A stretch of 59,521 nucleotides of DNA from an uncultured Lachnospiraceae bacterium (GCA_964457935.1 CAYWFC010000002.1:1-59521), one strand, 5' to 3'. Positions 46,152-54,154 are shown, numbered from the stretch's first letter. The notes: a model not told the origin generated them from the sequence alone. Made by a program: numbers and translations.

Positions 46152-47198
46152 ATGAAGTGCAAATGTAATAAACTTAGACAGCCTAGACCTTATGAGAAGG
46201 TGAAATACGGTCCCATGGGAGCAAGGGGTGCTACCGGTCTGACTGGTCCGACTGGCGCGACAGGCGCTACTGGCGCAACGGGTGCGACGGGACCTACAGG
46301 CGCTACTGGTGTCACTGGTCCTACTGGAGAGGAGATAGCCATAGAGCGTGTGACTACCATAGAGCCGGGTCAGCCAGCGGATGTGAAGTCTAGGAGAGAG
46401 AATAATACTAATTATCTAGAGTTTTTTATACCACGAGGGGCGGACGGACTGTCTGAGAAGATAGTGATAGGCAATATCACCACAGTGGAGTCAAATGAAC
46501 AAGCCACTGTGACGGACAGGTATGACAATGCCACCCACACCATGGACTTTGCTCTGCCTAGGGGAGAGAAAGGCGACAAGGGCGACACGGGACCGAGAGG
46601 ATTCCCCGGGGAGATAGGTATCAGCGAAGTGATCACTATAGACGGCACTGAGACGGTGGAGCCGGATGAGCCAGCCGAGGTGCAAGACGACTTCGATAGG
46701 AATATACATCACTTGACATTTTATATACCGAAAGGGGTAAAAGGAGATAAAGGCGAACGAGGCGAAAAGGGTGAACAAGGCGATGACGGACCACCGGGGC
46801 TGACACCTGACTTTAACGCCACGATATACAATCCTAACGACCAGATGCTAGTCAATCAGACTGCGCTCACTATGGGCGAAGTGGAACTAAATAATGGCTT
46901 CAAGATACAAGACAGTAGTCTGATAGTGCCTACTACAGGGACATTCTTGGTGTCGTTCTCGGTGAATTATTCTGACACAGCGACCAATGGCGACTATGTC
47001 GGCATAGCAGTCAATGATGTGCTGGTGACTTCGTCCAAAAGACCTGTGTGCCAAAATGGCAACTCGAGCGCTACATTCGCGACCTTGCTGAATAAAGATG
47101 ATAAAGTCAATCTGGTAGCTAATGTGTCACAAAACAAAACTCTAAAGTCTGACACAGCCCCTAGCGCCATGCTGTCAGTAATGATGATAGCGTACTAA
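46152..47198 (+). CDS. collagen-like protein with three interleaved beta modules and C1q/BclA-like C-terminal domain
   Basis: ATG 46152 after [42 protein letters not shown], then three modules ending ...F(F/A/Y)(I/L)P(R/K)G followed by G-x-y runs ([41 protein letters not shown]). Confidence 0.75.
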   Translation: MKCKCNKLRQPRPYEKVKYGPMGARGATGLTGPTGATGATGATGATGPTGATGVTGPTGEEIAIERVTTIEPGQPADVKSRRENNTNYLEFFIPRGADGLSEKIVIGNITTVESNEQATVTDRYDNATHTMDFALPRGEKGDKGDTGPRGFPGEIGISEVITIDGTETVEPDEPAEVQDDFDRNIHHLTFYIPKGVKGDKGERGEKGEQGDDGPPGLTPDFNATIYNPNDQMLVNQTALTMGEVELNNGFKIQDSSLIVPTTGTFLVSFSVNYSDTATNGDYVGIAVNDVLVTSSKRPVCQNGNSSATFATLLNKDDKVNLVANVSQNKTLKSDTAPSAMLSVMMIAY

Positions 47199-47558
47199 AT
47201 GATGACAACATACCGAATGGTAATGATAGTATTCAAAAGTGACCATAGCATATTAATAAACTGAAGGTAGTGACAACATACTAAATATTGATGATAGCAA
47301 AAATATGTGAATAATTAATAAAAAATAAAAATAAAATAATCCTAAAAAAATAAAAAATAATCTCCCAAAAATAGAGAAAAAAAATAAAAAATAATCTCCC
47401 AAAAATAGAGAAAAAATAAAAAATGCAGAAAAAGTAGTAAAAATACGCAAAATTTACTACTTTTTTCATATATTTTTCACATTTTTGAGTATTTTTTATT
47501 TTTCTAAGAATTTTGCTGTGATTTTTTGGCATTTATTTAGTGGCGGTGAGGGAGATAT

Positions 47559-47666
47559 ATTTTGAGACATTGGTAGATTTTTAGACGTTTGCAAATTTTT
47601 AGACATTGGTGCATTTTGAGACGTTAGCAGATTTTGAGGCACTGGTACATTTTGAGACATGGGTAG
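47559..47666 (+). repeat. six 18-bp tandem repeats (ATTTTGAGACATTGGTAG consensus) ~40 bp upstream of the poly-G promoter
   Basis: Units start at 47559, 47577, 47595, 47613, 47631 and 47649. Confidence 0.9.
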
Positions 47667-47705
47667 ACTGAATATAAAAAAATTCGACAAAATGCTCTTT
47701 TTCGC

Positions 47706-47733
47706 TTGACAAGCGGGGGGGGGGTGCTAATCT
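47706..47733 (+). promoter_or_regulatory. promoter of the GT80-like lipoprotein operon with a G10 tract in the spacer
   Basis: TTGACA (47706-47711), spacer containing G10 (47715-47724), extended -10 TGcTAATCT (47725-47733), giving a 16-nt spacer. Confidence 0.6.
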
Positions 47734-47785
47734 ATTAATGACAGTTAGCGGGCTGTCGAATTTCATTTTGACAAAGGAGAAAGTA

Positions 47786-49195
47786 ATGAAAAAGAAAATC
47801 TTGAGTCTAGTACTCATATGTATGTTCTGCTTTCCGTGCATTTTGTTCGCTGGGTGCGGGAAAGGTAAGGGCAAAGGTGGCACTATCAATATCATTATGA
47901 CGAGCGCTACTATTCCGCCTATGGTCTCTATGCTGGACACTATCGGTGATGGCAATGAGACTTATATGTGGGTAGGTCGTCAGAATACTATTTATAGCGT
48001 GGACAATCTAAAAGACGCGTATGGAGATAATTGTTTCTACGAGTCATGGTCCACAGCATCCAATATACCTAGCAATGTAATCAACGCTATGAGCCAAAAG
48101 GTGGCTAATGCTTGGTATAATGATAATAATACAAAATTCAATATTTATGTGACTGACTACGGCATCTTGGCTGGTCTGTATCTAGTGAAGTCTATAGGTG
48201 TAGATGCGTCTCACTACAACATCCACATGGTAGAGGACGGCAGTGGTGCTTATGGACAATTCTATGATACCTTGGGATTGGGCGCTGACGGTGCTAAGGC
48301 TGGATTTGATGCCAAAGTAGCTGAACTAAATGCTGTCATCGCTACTATGGAGAATGGTACTTTTAATAGTGCGCAGGATTTCAGCAACTATGACTACGTA
48401 TATGCTGCTGCTACTCTAGAGAATGTAGATTATTATCTGCAGTATCCTGAGATGCTGACATCAGAAGATGCGCAGCTGCAGGCTATGATAACTAATAATA
48501 CTATCAAACTGGTCAAGAAACATCAGACTCAGATGTATCAGAGTTTGTCTAGTGAGAACAAAGCGAAATTCAAAAGCATCATATTGAACCCAGCATTGGA
48601 TACTGCTATGACACCTGCTACCGGCAAGTCTGGCGTACTAATGATCACTGGTACATCGTTTACTGGCGAAGGTAATGACTTGACTGCTAGCACATTCACT
48701 AATGGTGAAGGTTGCAGATTCGAGCAATATGTGAACTACTTAGTAGACAAATACGGCGACGATTATACTATAGTATACAAAGGTCATCCATCTTGGGGAC
48801 TACTCGACAATGAAGTAACTTCTTCTAGATGGTACGACGAGAGCAGATTGGGTGGACTGAGTTTAGAGCAAGGACAGGCAGCCGCTGCTAGGAGAAAAAC
48901 ATTCTTGGAGAGCAAAGGTGTGACTATATTGCCTGCACAGACTCCTGCTGAGGCATTCATCTGGGCATACAGCGACGTATTGGCGCTATGCGGATATGAC
49001 AGCTCGCTATATTTCAATGCTCCACAAGGCAAAGTATTGTGCATATTGGCTGACGAAGAGATAGGCAGTAATGACCCTTATGCGACTGAATTGGGTAGCC
49101 TAAATCAGATGCTATTCAAAGAGGGCGGTCAGCTATACAATGCTGATATGTATTTCTTAGACTTGGACTACATCAGTGCTAACCCTGTGGTGTAA
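47786..49195 (+). CDS. lipoprotein homologous to GT80 (PmST1 / Photobacterium-type) sialyltransferases
   Basis: ATG 47786 after AAAGGAGA. Lipobox ILFAGC. Aligns by eye to P. multocida PmST1 blocks: HMVEDGSGAYG (D/E-D/E-G motif), LMITGTSFTGEGN (cf FIFTGTTTWEGN), YTIVYKGHPSWG (HP motif, cf YKIYFKGHPRGG), ILPAQTPAEAF (cf IPANISFEVL), CGYDSSLYFNAP (cf GGVASSLYFSLP). Confidence 0.7.
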   Translation: MKKKILSLVLICMFCFPCILFAGCGKGKGKGGTINIIMTSATIPPMVSMLDTIGDGNETYMWVGRQNTIYSVDNLKDAYGDNCFYESWSTASNIPSNVINAMSQKVANAWYNDNNTKFNIYVTDYGILAGLYLVKSIGVDASHYNIHMVEDGSGAYGQFYDTLGLGADGAKAGFDAKVAELNAVIATMENGTFNSAQDFSNYDYVYAAATLENVDYYLQYPEMLTSEDAQLQAMITNNTIKLVKKHQTQMYQSLSSENKAKFKSIILNPALDTAMTPATGKSGVLMITGTSFTGEGNDLTASTFTNGEGCRFEQYVNYLVDKYGDDYTIVYKGHPSWGLLDNEVTSSRWYDESRLGGLSLEQGQAAAARRKTFLESKGVTILPAQTPAEAFIWAYSDVLALCGYDSSLYFNAPQGKVLCILADEEIGSNDPYATELGSLNQMLFKEGGQLYNADMYFLDLDYISANPVV

Positions 49196-49213
49196 TAGGA
49201 CGGTAGACTGATT

Positions 49214-50437
49214 ATGGGCAAGATTTTGAAGGCTTATAAGAAAGGAGAATGGATATGTCTAGTATCCATTCTTCTTCAGATAATAGGCATAATGATTATC
49301 AATGTGAAGCATGTGCAGAGTGGTATGGGAGTATTTAGCTATCGTGTGATCAATCTCATATCCATATATGTGCTATTGGGCTACATCGCTATAGAGGTGG
49401 GGCTCAAGGTGTATAACTTGGTCACTGGCATCAAGGCGGAGGGCGCAGGCTATGCTAAAAGTAATTGGGTGAAGATTGCTGTGGAGTTTGGCTTGATTTT
49501 GGCTGTAGTGGTGTGCGCTATCATAGGTGTGCTAAAGTACGGCAGTGCCAGAAAAAACTACAATCTCGACTACAATACGACTAATTTTTATTTCGCTATG
49601 GCGTTCTTTGGCGTGATGTTATACATTTTGGCGAAGAATGTGAAGCAAGGCTTCTGGGCTAACAGCATGTATGCAGTGGCTATCATACCTATCGTATTTT
49701 TGGTCATGGCGGGAGTACAGTTGAGCGACTATATGGCGTCTATGGCGTTTAACGCGTATGCGCTTTTGGCGTATTTGGCGATGTTTGCAGGTATTTTGAT
49801 TTTCGTATTCGGCAAGTACGCTAATTTCGCGTCGGCTGGGTTGTATCTCATCGGGAGTGTGCTGATGATAGCGTGTGGCATACTGGGTGGAAAATACAAC
49901 TTCCTGAATGTAGATATGTTTTATTGGGCAAAACTGGCTGAGATCATCAGTGTGGCGCTAATTTTGTTCTTTGCGTGTACTATGTTTGCTACGCAATTTT
50001 ATAGGGTGACGAAGGATAATCACAAACGCATATTGCCGTCGCTGGTGTTGTTCGGCGTGGCAGTGGTGCTGGCAGTGGTCACCGCGCTCGTGCTGGTGAA
50101 GGTGGATGCGCGCACTCCGGCGCAAATGCACAGGCTGGACAAATGCTACATAATGCTACTCATCTGCTCGTGCATTAATTTGGTGGCAGTGCATTTTAGA
50201 GATGGGTTTAGACTGGAGAATATCGTGATGTCGGCTTCTCTTTTGGTGGCGGTCGTGGTGTTTACCATACTGCTACTCATCAAGAGCAAAGTGGCAAGTT
50301 TCTCTGTGTTTTATAAATTTTCTATCATATCGACATCTGTAATGTTAGGCTTCGTCGTGCTGTCGGGCGTGGAATGGCTGATAAGAACGCGCCATGCTAG
50401 GACAGTAATAGCCACTGATGATACTTCTGCCATGTAG
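49214..50437 (+). CDS. polytopic membrane protein (407 aa, ~11-12 TM), function unknown
   Basis: Starts 18 nt after the GT80-like gene, probably in the same operon. Hydrophobic throughout. Confidence 0.65.
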   Translation: MGKILKAYKKGEWICLVSILLQIIGIMIINVKHVQSGMGVFSYRVINLISIYVLLGYIAIEVGLKVYNLVTGIKAEGAGYAKSNWVKIAVEFGLILAVVVCAIIGVLKYGSARKNYNLDYNTTNFYFAMAFFGVMLYILAKNVKQGFWANSMYAVAIIPIVFLVMAGVQLSDYMASMAFNAYALLAYLAMFAGILIFVFGKYANFASAGLYLIGSVLMIACGILGGKYNFLNVDMFYWAKLAEIISVALILFFACTMFATQFYRVTKDNHKRILPSLVLFGVAVVLAVVTALVLVKVDARTPAQMHRLDKCYIMLLICSCINLVAVHFRDGFRLENIVMSASLLVAVVVFTILLLIKSKVASFSVFYKFSIISTSVMLGFVVLSGVEWLIRTRHARTVIATDDTSAM

Positions 50438-50482
50438 ATGGATAGAGATAAGAGATGACATTTTGATATGTGAGAGTATATA

Positions 50483-50520
50483 AAAAACTATTTGTGTTTA
50501 GTTAAACACAAATAGTTTTT
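50483..50520. terminator. bidirectional terminator at the core/island junction
   Basis: AAAAACTATTTGTGTTTA-GT-TAAACACAAATAGTTTTT, between convergent genes 49214-50437 (+) and 50539-51198 (-). Confidence 0.8.
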
Positions 50521-50538
50521 TGGTATAGAAAAATAATA

Positions 50539-51198
50539 TTACTTATCTGTCCAATATTTGCGGACTTTTTCGAAATGCGTAATACGCTTTTCGATTTTAC
50601 TTATCTCTTTTGGGTAGAAAAAATTCAGTTTTTCACATAGTTTTAACATCCATTCTTTACGAGATTGATTGCTATCTATGTTAATTATTCGAGAATTAGT
50701 GATTTGGATTTGACCCCAACCTAATGCGCCGATAGAGAGACAATCCCATTTCAGATGTTCGATAGGGATTAGACGCACCGCATCGAATGACATTTTATTA
50801 TCTATTACTTTATATTCTGCTAGTAGTATTACAAAATAATTCTTATCATTTTTATAGAATTTGGACAATTTTTCTACAGAAGTCAAATTTGGCATGTTAA
50901 ACTTAGTGTCACGATTGTGGGTTTTAATATCGATGGCGAAATAATTGTCATCATTATCCATAAAAGATATATCTTCAAGCGCTCTGCGACCGAAATTGGC
51001 ATCGAAGTTTTTGGCCAATCCGGAAGGGAAACAAGTATGTATTTTTTCTTCTAGAATATTTTGCGTAATATCTCCGACTGCACGCGGATGAGTGAAAATG
51101 CGTTCATTTTCGAAATCGGGAATAGAATTTAATAAATTTAGTATATTATTTTCAATAATTTTTTGTATATTTTCTTCAAATATTTTGGGTTTATTCAC
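50539..51198 (-). CDS. Type II restriction endonuclease candidate (PD-(D/E)xK-like), specificity unknown
   Basis: Immediately downstream of the methyltransferase. GTG 51198 is preceded by AGGAG plus 7 nt and overlaps the MTase stop by 8 nt. Candidate catalytic LEDISF...FAIDIKTH (D-x13-D-x-K). The ORF-track long form to 51357 would overlap the MTase by 167 nt. Confidence 0.55.
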   Translation of the reverse strand: MNKPKIFEENIQKIIENNILNLLNSIPDFENERIFTHPRAVGDITQNILEEKIHTCFPSGLAKNFDANFGRRALEDISFMDNDDNYFAIDIKTHNRDTKFNMPNLTSVEKLSKFYKNDKNYFVILLAEYKVIDNKMSFDAVRLIPIEHLKWDCLSIGALGWGQIQITNSRIINIDSNQSRKEWMLKLCEKLNFFYPKEISKIEKRITHFEKVRKYWTDK

Positions 51199-52135
51199 CT
51201 TTTTTCTCCTTTTTCTGCTCGGATAAGGAATTTCTCTCCCAAAAAACGCCATTTGTATAACCTTGTATTGTTTTGTCATAATCGGCTCGTTCCAATCTAT
51301 ATTCTGCCCATGCGCAATACAGAGGATTTTGCTCAATGCCAATGTAATGACGACCAAGTTTTTTGGCTACGACAGATGTGGTGCCCGAGCCAAGGAATGG
51401 GTCTAAGATTACGTCACCTGCATTGCTACTGGCTAATATTATTTTGGCTAGTAATTTTTCTGGCTTTTGGGTAGGGTGTGCGGTGTTTTCAGGCATGGAC
51501 CAGTACGGTATAGAGATGTCATCCCAAAAGTTAGATGGATAAGTATTGCGATAGTTGCCATTATCAGTCTCTTCCCAATCTTTTGGTTTGCCATCGATTT
51601 TGTATGGTGCAATGACTTTGCGTCGACATTTTACGCTATCTACATTGAAAGTGTAGTTTTTTGATACAGTCGCAAACCAAATATCCTCCATGGCGTTTTT
51701 CCAATTTGTCAAAGCACCGCGACCTTTTTCTCTCTGCCATGTGATGCGATTGACTACATTGAAATATTGATTTAGAACACTGCCTATCAGCAAACTAGAC
51801 TGCCAATCGCAACAGACATATATAGATGCAGTGGGCTTTAGTAACGGAATGACTTTTTTTATCCAATTTTCGGTGTATTTAACATAATCTGTTTCGTTTA
51901 ATTTTGAAAATTTCATTCCATGAAAGTTTTTGTCTAGGTTGTAGCAAGGGTCAGCAATAATTAAGTCGACACTCTTGGCAGGCAAATAATTTAACACTTG
52001 CATAGAATCACCGAGTATTGTTTTATCCAACAACGGCTCAATGGGACTCGCAGTGTCTAATGTAATACATTTGTCAGCATATTTTTTTCCTTCTTTGAGA
52101 GAAAAATCAATAGTTTTGTTTTTAGGGGACTTCAT
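51191..52135 (-). CDS. beta-class DNA methyltransferase (N6-adenine or N4-cytosine)
   Basis: Motif IV-like IIADPCYNL near the N-terminus, HPTQKPEKLL, and motif I DPFLGSGTT near the C-terminus. This order is the beta-class permutation. Confidence 0.85.
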   Translation of the reverse strand: MKSPKNKTIDFSLKEGKKYADKCITLDTASPIEPLLDKTILGDSMQVLNYLPAKSVDLIIADPCYNLDKNFHGMKFSKLNETDYVKYTENWIKKVIPLLKPTASIYVCCDWQSSLLIGSVLNQYFNVVNRITWQREKGRGALTNWKNAMEDIWFATVSKNYTFNVDSVKCRRKVIAPYKIDGKPKDWEETDNGNYRNTYPSNFWDDISIPYWSMPENTAHPTQKPEKLLAKIILASSNAGDVILDPFLGSGTTSVVAKKLGRHYIGIEQNPLYCAWAEYRLERADYDKTIQGYTNGVFWERNSLSEQKKEKKGE

Positions 52136-52269
52136 ATGTTTAACCTCGTGCTTTTATTTTTATGATTATAACATATTTATGGATTTTTTTCAACTGGTAT
52201 TTGACTTTTGAGAAGATTTATATACTTTATGCTGACGGTGGTGTTTTGCATATGCTGTGATTATATTTG

Positions 52270-52653
52270 TTATAAATTACGCATTTCTTCAAAAAGATTA
52301 TGTTGAAACGAAGACATTATATAATAATCTTCTATTAAAGAGTTGTCTTGGCTGATACCCAATGCCACAAGAATATAAGGATATACAGTGTATGACATAT
52401 ATTGGTCAATACTACCCAAACTAGATGGAATGCATTTACAATTTTTATTCAAAACATCTGTATCGTTTATCAGGTAATATTTGATATTTTTAATATCATC
52501 ATCAATACAATTTTCCATTAGTTCTGAATTTAATAAATCAGAGTCAGATTCTTGCCCTGTCAATAACAAAGCAAATTTTTTCCTGTCAATCTCTTTTGCT
52601 TTGTATTTTGTCAGCAAAACACTTATAAATTTATTCGCATCAATTTTATCCAT
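52270..52653 (-). CDS. hypothetical protein (127 aa)
   Basis: AT-rich island ORF. RBS GGAG (from TAGGAGTTTC) a few nt upstream of ATG 52653. No motif recognised. Confidence 0.5.
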   Translation of the reverse strand: MDKIDANKFISVLLTKYKAKEIDRKKFALLLTGQESDSDLLNSELMENCIDDDIKNIKYYLINDTDVLNKNCKCIPSSLGSIDQYMSYTVYPYILVALGISQDNSLIEDYYIMSSFQHNLFEEMRNL

Positions 52654-52662
52654 ATGAAACTC

Positions 52663-52923
52663 CTACGCGACAGGACAACAATAAAATGCAAGGGCATTTG
52701 TAATGATTGTTTCAAACTTTATTGAAATCGCACTAGAACCATAATTTATACCTATATCTTCAGTCTCTGCCGTCATTTCAACGACTGAATCTTTTGAAAT
52801 ACTAAAAATACCATCAGCCGTGGATGACACAGTGGTTAAAAAATAAATGTTAAATCCAAGACTTGCCATACTAACAATTATTGTAAATGAAAATAAAATA
52901 GTGAGAATAAGTATCTTTTTCAT
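52663..52923 (-). CDS. small signal-anchored protein (86 aa), leaderless candidate
   Basis: MKKILILTILFSFTIIVSMASLGF. On the minus strand TTGACA(52962-52957)-16 nt-TATAAT(52940-52935) ends 11 nt before the ATG. No SD. Confidence 0.45.
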   Translation of the reverse strand: MKKILILTILFSFTIIVSMASLGFNIYFLTTVSSTADGIFSISKDSVVEMTAETEDIGINYGSSAISIKFETIITNALAFYCCPVA

Positions 52924-53075
52924 GATTAGTTTTAATTATAACACAAAATTTTAGGATGTCAACATAAAAATAAAAAATATCTCCAATATTCTATTTGAAA
53001 TACGTTTACTTAATTTTTGTATAAAAATCACTCCTTAATAAAATTTTGCCAATTTATCGTAGGAGTGCTGTTAAT

Positions 53076-53318
53076 TTAATCTAAATTTAACTCATCACTT
53101 TCAAAAATAGGGTTATCAAAAAATTCGGAAACAGTTATTCCCAATGTTCTAATGATAATAATCAAAGTTTTTACATTACAACTTTCTCTTCTTGCATTCA
53201 TAATATCCATCATAGTTGCGTGTGAAATTCCAGAGTTTATTTCTAATCTATATTGAGTAATATTTTTTTCTTTTAATAATTCTCGTATTCTCATTGATAT
53301 TGCTTTGCTTACTTTCAT
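53076..53318 (-). CDS. XRE-family HTH regulator (80 aa), divergent from the nucleotide cassette
   Basis: MRIRELLKEKNITQYRLEINSGISHATMMDI...IRTLGITVSEFF. RBS GGGAG. Paralog of 1079-1321. Confidence 0.8.
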   Translation of the reverse strand: MKVSKAISMRIRELLKEKNITQYRLEINSGISHATMMDIMNARRESCNVKTLIIIIRTLGITVSEFFDNPIFESDELNLD

Positions 53319-53363
53319 AACAATTCTCCCAATAAGTATATTTTAGCATACTGTCGGTTTTGC

Positions 53364-53437
53364 AATAAGTATGCAAATGCGACAATTTTCTTGATTTTAT
53401 TATTTTCTTTTGATATAATAAGTATGCAAAAACGACA
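53364..53437 (+). promoter_or_regulatory. promoter of the SLOG gene flanked and overlapped by two 21-nt direct-repeat operators
   Basis: AATAAGTATGCAAATGCGACA (53364-53384) and AATAAGTATGCAAAAACGACA (53417-53437). TTGATT (53391-53396)-17 nt-TATAAT (53414-53419). A degenerate third half-site AATAAGTATA lies at 53331-53340. Confidence 0.65.
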
Positions 53438-53452
53438 TAAGGGATATTTGAT

Positions 53453-54007
53453 ATGATTTTTAGAAAGAAAATACAAGAATTGAAAATAGATTGTGAAACG
53501 GGGTTTGAAATATTGAAAAATACAACTCTTTGTTTTACTGGTCATCGCATTCAGAAACTTCCTTGGGGAGAAAATGAAGAAGATGAGAGATGTGTTGGGA
53601 TGAAAAAGAAATTGAAAGCAAAGATTATTGAAGCAATTAAAAAAGGCTACATTTATTTCATTTCAGGTATGGCACTAGGTTTTGATATAATCTCTGCCGA
53701 AATGATATTAGAGTTAAAAAAGGAATATCCACATATTAAACTAATTGGTGCTATTCCGTGTAAAGACCAATATAAAGTTTGGAAATCATATCAAATTAAA
53801 CGATATAAGAATGTTTTGTCTAAATGTGATAGCGTTCGGTGCTTGTATGACACTTATAACGACAAGTGTATGCTTGAACGAAACGACTATATGTTAAATA
53901 ATTCATCACTTGTGATTGCATTATACGATGGTAAGGGTGGTGGAACTGGCTATACAATTAAAAAAGCAAAAGAGAAAAGTCTGAAAGTTGAAATAATTAA
54001 ACCTTAG
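53453..54007 (+). CDS. SLOG-superfamily protein of the YpsA/DUF1273 type
   Basis: CFTGHR..., ISGMALGFDIISAE, IPCKDQYKVW, ERNDYMLNNSSLVIALYDGKGGGTGYTI match the DUF1273 pattern (GHR / G-x-A-x-G-x-D / RN..M / GGT). Confidence 0.7.
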   Translation: MIFRKKIQELKIDCETGFEILKNTTLCFTGHRIQKLPWGENEEDERCVGMKKKLKAKIIEAIKKGYIYFISGMALGFDIISAEMILELKKEYPHIKLIGAIPCKDQYKVWKSYQIKRYKNVLSKCDSVRCLYDTYNDKCMLERNDYMLNNSSLVIALYDGKGGGTGYTIKKAKEKSLKVEIIKP

Positions 54008-54093
54008 ACTAGGATAAATAAATTTCAAAAATTTGTTTGTGCATTTATTTGAGATATACATAAGGCTATTTGATATAAGGCTGTCCCCATATA

Positions 54094-54122
54094 TTGATGT
54101 TTTGATCATTTTGTGTTATAAT
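54094..54122 (+). promoter_or_regulatory. internal promoter ahead of the Gmk-like gene
   Basis: TTGATG (54094-54099)-17 nt-TATAAT (54117-54122) with TGT immediately upstream of the -10. Confidence 0.55.
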
Positions 54123-54154
54123 ATGTAAAATCGATGATTTAAAGGAGATATAAT

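Noticed and set aside
47253-47955. Three overlapping minus-strand ORFs (47253..47450, 47281..47532, 47599..47955) plus 47496..47690, which encodes an SQN(V/L)P repeat.
   Set aside because: They lie in A/T-rich low-complexity and tandem-repeat spacer DNA, overlap each other and the GT80 promoter and 5' end, and have no RBS. They are treated as repeat translations, though 47496..47690 cannot be fully excluded.
51199-51357. Long form of the endonuclease ORF (start 51357), overlapping the methyltransferase by 167 nt.
   Set aside because: A GTG at 51198 with an AGGAG RBS gives normal operon coupling. The extra N-terminal residues are hydrophobic junk read from the MTase antisense-frame region.
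53076-53318. The XRE protein as the controller (C) protein of the R-M system.
   Set aside because: It is ~1 kb and two genes away from the M gene. It has a paralog (1079-1321) unrelated to any R-M. Its duplicated operators face the SLOG/nucleotide cassette instead. This is not excluded experimentally.
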